This document shows positions 11,604 to 19,544 of a DNA stretch of 64,000 nt, piece after piece (the first letter of the stretch is position 1; each line of letters starts with the position of its first letter). Made by a program: the position numbers and the translations under genes. The stretch is from an uncultured delta proteobacterium (GTDB lineage: Bacteria; Desulfobacterota; Desulfomonilia; UBA1062): the NCBI GenBank assembly GCA_963798485.1, contig CAWCTR010000018.1, positions 32,573 through 96,572 on the forward strand. Reading direction: 5' to 3'. The notes beneath the pieces are model-generated. The model saw only the letters and a program-made list of their open reading frames with translations, was not told where the DNA came from and did no database searches.

Positions 11604-12494
11604 TTAAGTTTTATGAGAATATCGCAAGCCTATGGGGAGAAGCCTGGAAGCAATCCAGACTGTTACGTAAATCACGCCGAGAAGGACTACGTCCGTCGGA
11701 CCGATGGGCAGATCCATTTTATATGCTATACAGAAACCCAAGAAAGCGATCACGCCGCCGATCAAAGAGGCCAGCACCATAAACTGGTTCATATTGCGAG
11801 CAACCATGTGCGCCGTCAGAGCAGGAATCAGAAGGAATCCGAATGCGATCAACGGACCGACGCTGAGCACTGCCATTGAAACGGCCAGACCGATCAGTAC
11901 ATAGAGCAGCACGTCCCAGAAAACGACATTCTTGTGCTGTATAGTTGCCATCTCGCGGTCGAACGATACAAGGAGCAACTCCTTGTGAAACAGGCCCAGC
12001 ACGGCGATCACGAGCGTAAGCATTACTGCCGTCAGCCCGAGATCGAAATTGGAGATGGTGATAACCTCTCCTTTCATCATATCGAGCCAACCGATTTCGC
12101 CGTAAGGGTTTTTTGACAGCAACAGGATGCTCATCGCGGCGGCCACTACATACGCGGTTCCAAGCCGGCCTTCGGGGTGTCCACGCCCACGTCGTTCTAA
12201 AAACGCCAGCATCAGGATCGCGGTCAGTGAAAATATAATTGAGCCGACAAAGGCGAGCGCGTGCGTGCTGTATAAGCTATGTTCGGACAGATTGAATCCG
12301 AGCCACAATGGAAGTGAGAGGGCGATAGCAACGCCCGTCGAGGAAATCTGAGGCAGCGCCACGCCCATGAACACCAGCCGACGCATAAGAAGAAACACAC
12401 CGACGAGCGGGCAAGCGAGGCCGACGAGCACGCTGGTGTATATCGAGTTGCGCAGGAGGAAATCGGGCGAGAGAATCTGATAAAGTGTTTCCAT
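11604..12494 (-). CDS. Metal (Zn/Mn) ABC transporter permease, ZnuB-like
   Basis: GVFLLMRRLVFMG, SFD.E.A motif, multiple TM helices; operon with ATPase and SBP. Confidence 0.88.
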   Translation of the reverse strand: METLYQILSPDFLLRNSIYTSVLVGLACPLVGVFLLMRRLVFMGVALPQISSTGVAIALSLPLWLGFNLSEHSLYSTHALAFVGSIIFSLTAILMLAFLERRGRGHPEGRLGTAYVVAAAMSILLLSKNPYGEIGWLDMMKGEVITISNFDLGLTAVMLTLVIAVLGLFHKELLLVSFDREMATIQHKNVVFWDVLLYVLIGLAVSMAVLSVGPLIAFGFLLIPALTAHMVARNMNQFMVLASLIGGVIAFLGFCIAYKMDLPIGPTDVVLLGVIYVTVWIASRLLPIGLRYSHKT

Positions 12495-12495
12495 G

Positions 12496-13209
12496 TTAGA
12501 CCATCTCCGTTTCAAACATTTCCGCTATCCGTTCAGCGGTAAGCAGCTCAACCGTTGGGCCGTAAATCACCTTGCCCTCATGAATCCAAATAACGTGCTC
12601 AGTATAGTGACGTGCCGATGCAAAGTCATGAGTGACGAGCAGGACGGTGATCTTTCGTTCCTCGCGAAGCTTTGAAATAAACTCCAGTACTGCTTTCGTC
12701 GCTTCACGATCAACTCCCGCGGTGGGTTCATCCAGCACCAATACTTCGGGGCGCGTGGTCAAAGCACGTGCTATAAGCACGCGTTGTTTCTGGCCGCCGG
12801 AGAGTTCGGCAAAGCGCTGGTGGGCAAATTCTTCGACACCCGCCGCATGCAGGCATTCGCGTGTGAATGCGCGCTCGACCCTGGGTACGATGCGACCCGG
12901 CCGCACACGTCCGTATACGCCCATAAGGGCGACGTCGAACCCCGTGAGCAGATAAATCGGGTCGAACTGAGTAGCTTGAGGAACGTAACCGAACACGAGC
13001 GGTGCACCTGAGGATGTGGTATTGATGCGCCCCGCGATTGGCGGAAGCAATCCAAGCACTGTCTTTAACAGTGTCGATTTGCCTGAACCATTGGCGCCGA
13101 GAATGGAGGTGAAACTGGCACGGTCAATAGAGAGGGAAATGCCGGACAGCACCGGCTGGCTGTTGTAACCGATACTCACATTGTCCAGTGTGATGAGTGC
13201 CTTATTCAT
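12496..13209 (-). CDS. Metal ABC transporter ATP-binding protein, ZnuC-like
   Basis: GANGSGKST, GYVPQ, LSGGQKQR, LDEPTAGVD, VTHD. Confidence 0.9.
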   Translation of the reverse strand: MNKALITLDNVSIGYNSQPVLSGISLSIDRASFTSILGANGSGKSTLLKTVLGLLPPIAGRINTTSSGAPLVFGYVPQATQFDPIYLLTGFDVALMGVYGRVRPGRIVPRVERAFTRECLHAAGVEEFAHQRFAELSGGQKQRVLIARALTTRPEVLVLDEPTAGVDREATKAVLEFISKLREERKITVLLVTHDFASARHYTEHVIWIHEGKVIYGPTVELLTAERIAEMFETEMV

Positions 13210-13261
13210 AGTATTTTGTGTGTCCGCCCTGTAAATCCGGGCGGACACATTCTCCCTATAC

Positions 13262-14194
13262 TTATTTTGTTGTTTGTGCGGCAGCAACCAGTGCGTGGAT
13301 AATGTAGTCCATCATCTTGATGTACGTTTCCGTATGCGGTACGCCGCCCGGCATGATGGGAAGCGTTATCATGGTTGCACCGGTCTGTTCGGCGATCCGT
13401 TTCGGCACCTTTTCAGGAAACTGGGGCTCGTGCACAACCACAGGAACATGTTCGGCCTTCATCGCCGTAACCAATTCCTGGATGTAACGCGGGGTCGGAT
13501 CAATGCCCGGCCTCACTTCTATCGTGCCAAAATAGTTCAAGCCGAAGCGTGCCGCGAAGTATGGCCAATGCTCGTGATAGGATACGAACTTCGTCCCCTT
13601 GAGCGGTTTGACTGCTTTCTCCCATTCGGTAATCTTTGCGTTAAGTTTGGCTAAATACACGTCGCGGTTGAGAGTGAATTCCGCTTGATGCTGTGGGGAG
13701 AACGCCACCAGCGCGTTATAGATGTTCTCGATCGCGGTCTTTGCCAATACCGGATCGAGTATGTAGTGCGGGTTACCATAGGGATGAACATCTCCTTCGG
13801 AATGATCGGTTGATTTGGGCACATCGCGTGGGATGATCCCCTTGGAGCAGTCAACATAACCGGGCTTGTTTATCTGGATGCGCGGGTTTTTGCTGGCCTC
13901 AAGGAGAGCGGGAAGGAAGGCATGCTCGCAATCAAACCCTACCAGGATCATCAGGTCTGCCCGGTTCATCATCGGTACGAAGCTCGGTTTCATCGGTACC
14001 CCGTGCGTGTCTTCGACTCCGGTGGCGAGGCTGTTGACCTCGACCAGGTCCCCACCCACGGCACGCGTAAAATCCGCCAGGTCGGTAAGAGTTGTAACGA
14101 CGCGGATCTTCACGGCGTGAGCGGGCCTCGCCCACCCGCACAGTACAACGGTGAGCGCAATGATCAATACGAGACTATATAATTTAGATTTCAT
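13262..14194 (-). CDS. Metal ABC transporter substrate-binding protein, ZnuA/TroA-like
   Basis: Signal peptide; DTH, GDVHPYGNPHY, YHEHWPYF metal ligands. Confidence 0.9.
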   Translation of the reverse strand: MKSKLYSLVLIIALTVVLCGWARPAHAVKIRVVTTLTDLADFTRAVGGDLVEVNSLATGVEDTHGVPMKPSFVPMMNRADLMILVGFDCEHAFLPALLEASKNPRIQINKPGYVDCSKGIIPRDVPKSTDHSEGDVHPYGNPHYILDPVLAKTAIENIYNALVAFSPQHQAEFTLNRDVYLAKLNAKITEWEKAVKPLKGTKFVSYHEHWPYFAARFGLNYFGTIEVRPGIDPTPRYIQELVTAMKAEHVPVVVHEPQFPEKVPKRIAEQTGATMITLPIMPGGVPHTETYIKMMDYIIHALVAAAQTTK

Positions 14195-14207
14195 GTTGGA
14201 TTCCTCC

Positions 14208-15629
14208 TTAGCGTTGCTGCCAACCATGTGAGTGTGAACCGATAATCCACGCCCATTGCAGATAAACTGCATTATCGGCGGGCATGCCGGACACGGCATT
14301 GTGATCGGTGTGTGTGTACTGAAGGCGTATTTGGCTCCAGTGACTCACCGTCCAGGTGATGTACGGAGAGTAGGCATAGGTTTTGTCTTGCTTATTCAAC
14401 TGGTTCTCTACATATTCATACATAAACCCGGTTGACCACTGCCGATGGAACTTGTACGTGAGATATGTATAGAGGCCTAAGGAACCGACTGTTTCACTGG
14501 GGAGGGCGTTCCCCGATGGGTCGGTTACGTCATAGCGATTATCGCTGTAGAGTACTTCAGTGCCCCAGGTGAGGCTCTCGAACTGATTGTTGCGCAGCGG
14601 CTTATAGCTCAGCACCAGGTCCGCTCCACCAAGGCGACGCTCCCGCTCGGTGAAGGTGTTGCCTGCTTCTGTAGGAAGCGGAGGATTAACCCCGCCTGGG
14701 TCGGCCCACTGTGCAGCCGTTTTTGGATTCCACAGACCTGAAATACCGGGTTCGAGTGAGATATCGGGAGTCAGGTCGAAATATGTGGAGAAGCGGCTCC
14801 AATAATTCAACCCGCTGCCGTAACGGAAATCGCCCACAGAGTTTGGCGGATTGTCCCCGCCGAACTGATCGCCTGCGCCCACGGTAAGGCTCACATAGTG
14901 CTCGACCGGCAACAGCCAGTTAAGCTGTAAGCCGTCCGTCCTCGATTCACCGCCGATGTATTCGGAGAGCACCAGCGGGCGGTTGACGAACGGCAGTTCA
15001 TGATCGTGGATATACCCCAGCCGGCCGAACTCACCGAAGAACCGCCCTGCCTTAAGCTCCAGGTTCCACGGCAGAGCTGTCGTCTGCAGTGCTGCCTCTT
15101 CGACACCTAAAGCCGCTTCGCCGGTAACCGGGTCGGCTGATGCGTTGATCACCGTATAGGCCTTGGCAAATGGGTCCACCGCCGCGGCTGCGTTCAATTC
15201 AACCGAACGTTGGAACACATCGTACCCACCGGGACGGTCGTTCCCCGTCTGCGTCGATCCCTTGTCGTTATAACTGAAGATTGTCTCACCCACGAGCCCG
15301 ATAGCGGGATTGAAAATGCCCGGGGAAGTCCTTGTCTGCGCTTCGGCTATCTGCTCCACCTTCTCCTTCAGTTCTTGTACCTGCTGCTGCATATCGCCGG
15401 ATGGCGCCGTCTGATCGGCAGCGGCGCCCTTAGGTTGCGCGGATGATTGGCCTTGCTTGATTTCCTCTTTCAACTCTTCGATCAGCCTGCGCTGATCCTC
15501 AATGGTCTTAGTCTGCTCATTTATTGCCTTTTCCAGCATGTTGACGCGCTCTTCCATATCCTGAGCATATGCGGATAACCCGAATGCGCACAACACGGCC
15601 GTAAAGATAAAACATCGGAAAAGTTTCAT
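14208..15629 (-). CDS. Outer-membrane beta-barrel metal-uptake protein (zinc-regulated OM receptor/porin-like) with N-terminal coiled coil
   Basis: Signal peptide, heptad coiled coil, FNPAIG, AAVDPF, EEA, GRFFGEFG..HDH, C-terminal IGSHSHG; heads the metal ABC operon. Confidence 0.7.
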   Translation of the reverse strand: MKLFRCFIFTAVLCAFGLSAYAQDMEERVNMLEKAINEQTKTIEDQRRLIEELKEEIKQGQSSAQPKGAAADQTAPSGDMQQQVQELKEKVEQIAEAQTRTSPGIFNPAIGLVGETIFSYNDKGSTQTGNDRPGGYDVFQRSVELNAAAAVDPFAKAYTVINASADPVTGEAALGVEEAALQTTALPWNLELKAGRFFGEFGRLGYIHDHELPFVNRPLVLSEYIGGESRTDGLQLNWLLPVEHYVSLTVGAGDQFGGDNPPNSVGDFRYGSGLNYWSRFSTYFDLTPDISLEPGISGLWNPKTAAQWADPGGVNPPLPTEAGNTFTERERRLGGADLVLSYKPLRNNQFESLTWGTEVLYSDNRYDVTDPSGNALPSETVGSLGLYTYLTYKFHRQWSTGFMYEYVENQLNKQDKTYAYSPYITWTVSHWSQIRLQYTHTDHNAVSGMPADNAVYLQWAWIIGSHSHGWQQR

Positions 15630-15855
15630 AACTCCTCCAGGAGAACTGAATTATTACTGCGCGAAGATACAAGTCTCTCGTCGCATCTGTGGTACATGGA
15701 AGACGCACGAGAAGACGGCCCGGCTATAATCAGGTCTCTATCCTAGTGGTGGTCGTCATAAATCATGCAACGTATACAAAGTGGATCCAACCCAGGGTGC
15801 CTTTATAGAATGGTGCAGTATTTATGGCACACTACACTAGATTGAGTTGTGGAGT

Positions 15856-16119
15856 TCAGGCCGGAGGGGCGCGGTTTTGGATGAGGGAATAGGAGGTTAT
15901 AGGAATAACGGCTAATAGTGGTCGTGCAATGACAGTTCCTGTAAGTTCTACTTGAATTTCACAAGGAGTAAAAGAAAGCCCGGTATCGGACTGATGAAGG
16001 ATAGCAAAGCAGATGGAGCACTCGGGATGGTCGGCACAATCGCTATGGTGATGGAACGTGGACCCCAGGGAGGAAAGAAGCAGGAGACAGGCAAAGAATA
16101 ATGAAAGTCGCTTAAACAT
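15856..16119 (-). CDS. DUF2946-like His/Cys-rich upstream peptide ending in RAPP (putative arrest peptide)
   Basis: Hydrophobic N-terminus, HHHSDCADHPECSIC..H, C-terminal NRAPPA-stop, upstream of the metal uptake operon. Confidence 0.75.
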   Translation of the reverse strand: MFKRLSLFFACLLLLSSLGSTFHHHSDCADHPECSICFAILHQSDTGLSFTPCEIQVELTGTVIARPLLAVIPITSYSLIQNRAPPA

Positions 16120-16219
16120 CTTTCCGCTTAATCCATCATTCCTATTTGCTTGTCAATGATGGAGTGGAATATAACCAAAAGTAACAATAGGCACTATGTC
16201 GCTAGTGCTTGTTCACTGT

Positions 16220-17671
16220 TCATTTCCCGGCCATATGCCTCAACAGGGCCGACAGGTAATCCCAGAATCGTTCCACGCTCTCAATATTCACCCGTTCATT
16301 GGGTGAGTGGGGCTGCTCGATGGTGGGGCCGAACGAGATCATATCGAGTCCTTTGATTTGTTCACCGATTACGGCGCACTCCAATCCTGCGTGGATTATT
16401 TTCACCTTCGGCTCGTTGTGTAAGAGCTCTTGGTAGAGACCGGTGCACGTCTTCAGGATGGGAGAAGACAGGTCCGGCCTCCATGCAGGGTAGGAATTGC
16501 CTTTATTGACCCGGCAGCCTGCAAGCTCACCCACCGAGGCCACCTGTGACGCCATGTCGTGAAGTGCGCTTTGGGTGATGCTCCTCTGGCTGGTGGTAAC
16601 CACGAAATTGTCGAGCTTGAACGAACAGACCGCTAAGTTCGTTGAGGTGACCACGGTGTTGTCGAGCCTCGGGTCGATCTTTAAGGGTCCATGGGGCAGG
16701 GCCTGGAGGAGGTTGATGATCTTTGCCGTATCCTCGGGTTCTACTACCCTGGGGGCGCTTTGGTCCAACTCCTCAAGTGTGAGTGCAACGCCGTCATCAA
16801 CATGGTTGTACTCGGACCTGAAGATATTGTTCCAATGAACCGCCTCCTGCCTCAGCGCGTCTATGTTGGGCCTTCCCACATGAATGACCGCCTCGGCCTC
16901 GCGCGGGATGGCGTTATGTTTGTTGCCTCCCTTGATGGATACAAGGTGGAACCCGTAGGCCGCATAGGTGGAATGGAGGAACCTGTTGAGCAGCTTGATG
17001 GCGTTCGCCAGGCCCTGGTGGATATCAACACCCGAATGACCGCCCCTGAGCCCGGTTATCTTGACAGCCACAGGGACGGTATTTTCAGGGACTGTCATGA
17101 AATCAGGTTCAAGGATGAGTTCCGTATCCATGCCCCCTGCACACCCGATGAAGAAGGTTCCCTCCTCCTCTGAATCAAGGTTGAGGAGGGTAGAGGCGCC
17201 AAATGAGCTGCGTGAGAGATTGTATGCACCGGTGAGGCCGGTCTCTTCCTCTGCGGTGAAGAGAAGATCGAGGTTGGGGTGGATTAGGCGAGCGTCTTCC
17301 ATGATAGCAAGCATGGCCGCCACCCCGATGCCATTGTCAGCCCCTAACGTAGTGCCTTTTGCCCTGATCCAGGAGCCATCCCGCACGAGGAGGATCGGGT
17401 CGGTGGTGAAATCATGTTCGGTATCCCGGTCTTTTTCGCATACCATGTCCGTATGCGATTGTAAGGCGATCGCGGCGAAGCCCTTGACACCCGGCTTTCT
17501 CACAATGACATTACGGACCTCATCCAATCGGCAGTCCAGCCCCAGGGTCTTGGCCTTGCTGAGGATATATTCAGACACTTGAGATTCATTGCCTGACTCG
17601 CGCGGTATCCGGGAGATCTCCCGGAAGTTACGCCAGAGACCCTGTGGATTAAGACCTTGAATAACCTTCAT
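16220..17671 (-). CDS. pepD: Aminoacyl-histidine dipeptidase (M20)
   Basis: LQSHTDMV, TTLGADNGIG, EEETG, NLDSEEEG, GGHSG, IHAGLEC, HSPNE. Confidence 0.93.
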   Translation of the reverse strand: MKVIQGLNPQGLWRNFREISRIPRESGNESQVSEYILSKAKTLGLDCRLDEVRNVIVRKPGVKGFAAIALQSHTDMVCEKDRDTEHDFTTDPILLVRDGSWIRAKGTTLGADNGIGVAAMLAIMEDARLIHPNLDLLFTAEEETGLTGAYNLSRSSFGASTLLNLDSEEEGTFFIGCAGGMDTELILEPDFMTVPENTVPVAVKITGLRGGHSGVDIHQGLANAIKLLNRFLHSTYAAYGFHLVSIKGGNKHNAIPREAEAVIHVGRPNIDALRQEAVHWNNIFRSEYNHVDDGVALTLEELDQSAPRVVEPEDTAKIINLLQALPHGPLKIDPRLDNTVVTSTNLAVCSFKLDNFVVTTSQRSITQSALHDMASQVASVGELAGCRVNKGNSYPAWRPDLSSPILKTCTGLYQELLHNEPKVKIIHAGLECAVIGEQIKGLDMISFGPTIEQPHSPNERVNIESVERFWDYLSALLRHMAGK

Positions 17672-17768
17672 ATCTTAAATAAGGCCCACCCTCACGGAAG
17701 CCCTTCAATAAAAAACCATGCCCCTAAAAGGACTACAAGGTTTTCGGTGTGCGCTGAAATATCATTGA

Positions 17769-17795
17769 ACCGGGGCAGGAGAGACCTGCCCCGGT
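17769..17795 (-). terminator. GC-rich hairpin after csp gene
   Basis: Perfect 11-bp stem ACCGGGGCAGG/CCTGCCCCGGT immediately after the csp stop; U-tract is weak. Confidence 0.6.
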
Positions 17796-17801
17796 AGAAG
17801 A

Positions 17802-18002
17802 TTACAGCTTCATTACATTTGATGCCTGCGGACCTTTGGGCCCGTCGGTTACCTCGAAGGTAACCTTTTCTCCCTCTGTAAGTGTCTTAAAACCATCCCC
17901 CTTGATTGCCGAATAGTGGACAAAAACATCGCTGCCGCTATCCTGAGTGATGAAACCAAACCCCTTTTTTTCGTTGAACCACTTTACTGTTCCTGTAGCC
18001 AT
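17802..18002 (-). CDS. cspA: Cold-shock protein
   Basis: [24 protein letters not shown] (RNP1/RNP2). Confidence 0.97.
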   Translation of the reverse strand: MATGTVKWFNEKKGFGFITQDSGSDVFVHYSAIKGDGFKTLTEGEKVTFEVTDGPKGPQASNVMKL

Positions 18003-18158
18003 TCATACCTCCGTTCTTTTGGGCCCGCTCCCTTGGCAAGAGGGTCTTGACCCTGGTGTTAATGTCTGGGAAAGGGGTATTATCAAAAATCCGTGGGAAA
18101 ACTTATTTTGGGTTTTACCGCGGTATAATATGATAATATCCATAATCCAGGCATTCTT

Positions 18159-18187
18159 AGTGTAATTATTATCGACGTATCTGTCAA
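18159..18187 (-). promoter_or_regulatory. Sigma70 promoter of csp giving a ~150-nt 5' UTR
   Basis: Minus strand TTGACA-17 nt-TACACT. Confidence 0.65.
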
Positions 18188-18215
18188 GAAGCATCAATAA
18201 AAAAATTGTTAAAGA

Positions 18216-19544
18216 TCATAAAATGATCATTCCTAGGATGTCTGCGAGAGAATTCTTCCATGCGGTGAATGCCAGCAATGCCCTCTCGCTCCTTGCCTCT
18301 GAGCGCCTGTTCTTCGGTACATCAGGCACGGCCATGATACCGAAATTGATGTTCATAGGCTGGAAGACCTCTATTGTACAATCGGTTATATAATGCGTCA
18401 GTGCCCCCAGCGCCGTCTCCGTGCCGGGGGGGTGGAATGGCTTGCCCTTGATTTTTCCGAGCAGGGAGATGCCTGCAAGGATGCCGGTGGCGGCTGATTC
18501 CATATAACCCTCTACACCCATGATCTGGCCGGCGAGATATGTGTTTGAAAGGCCCGACATGCTTAAGTCAGATCCGATAATCCGAGGTGAGTCCAGATAG
18601 GTGTTCCGGTGGATGCTCCCATATCGCAGGTACCTGGCGGATGAAAGCGCAGGGATAAGCCCAATGATCCGCTTCTGCTCAGCATAGGTAAGGCGGGTCT
18701 GAAAACCCACCATGGTATAGGCATTACCCATGAGGTTCTCTTTGCGCAGCTGAACCACGGCATAGGGCCTTTTTAGGGTTGAGTGGTCCTTCAGACCTAT
18801 GGGCCTCATAGGTCCGAAACGCAAGGCATCCGTGCCTCTTGAAGCGAGCACTTCTATGGGCAGGCATGCCTCGAAGAATCGGGCATCCTCAAATTCATGG
18901 GAGTGTACTTTGTCCGCCTTCAGGAGCTCTTCCATAAACTTCTTGTACTGTTCCTCATCGAGGGGGCAGTTGAGATAGTCCGGATTGTCATTTGACCACC
19001 GGGCCCCGAAAAATGCATGGCCCATGTCTATGCTGTCGGCATCAATAATGGGGGAGATGGCGTCATAGAAGAATAACCGGCTGCTGCCTGTCAGGGAGGC
19101 AAGATCCTGTGCCAAGGCATCTGAAGTCAGCGGCCCGGTGGCAATGATGGTGGGGTAATCTATCTCGATCGTTTTTACTTCTTGGCGCTTGACGGTAATC
19201 AGCGGTTGAGCAGTAATATATTCGGTAATCTGCGAGGCGAAGGCTGCCCGGTCAACGGCCAGTGCCTTTCCTGCAGGGACGCATGTCTTGCCGGCAATAG
19301 ACAGGACGATGGAACCAAGCGTTTGCATTTCACGCTTTAAAATGCCGTGGGCGGTCATGGGGTCGATACCCTTGAATGAGTTGCTGCATACGAGCTCGGC
19401 CAGCAAATCTGTCTTGTGTGCTGGGGTCATCAAACCCGGGCGCATCTCGAACAGATCTACCTGCACCCCGCCCTTGGCCAGGACATGCGCCGCTTCAACC
19501 CCGGCCAGCCCCCCTCCGATGACACGGGCTTTAGGAAAGGGCAT
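18216..19544 (-). CDS. trmFO: FAD/folate-dependent tRNA m5U54 methyltransferase
   Basis: IGGGLAGVEAA, AELVCSNS, PAGKALAVDR, FYDAISPI, GVEGYMES. Confidence 0.96.
   Translation of the reverse strand: MPFPKARVIGGGLAGVEAAHVLAKGGVQVDLFEMRPGLMTPAHKTDLLAELVCSNSFKGIDPMTAHGILKREMQTLGSIVLSIAGKTCVPAGKALAVDRAAFASQITEYITAQPLITVKRQEVKTIEIDYPTIIATGPLTSDALAQDLASLTGSSRLFFYDAISPIIDADSIDMGHAFFGARWSNDNPDYLNCPLDEEQYKKFMEELLKADKVHSHEFEDARFFEACLPIEVLASRGTDALRFGPMRPIGLKDHSTLKRPYAVVQLRKENLMGNAYTMVGFQTRLTYAEQKRIIGLIPALSSARYLRYGSIHRNTYLDSPRIIGSDLSMSGLSNTYLAGQIMGVEGYMESAATGILAGISLLGKIKGKPFHPPGTETALGALTHYITDCTIEVFQPMNINFGIMAVPDVPKNRRSEARSERALLAFTAWKNSLADILGMIIL

Noticed and set aside
15764-16200. Zur box for the metal uptake operon
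   Set aside because: Only half-site-like words (ATGCAAC, TATAAC/GTAAC), with no full palindrome.
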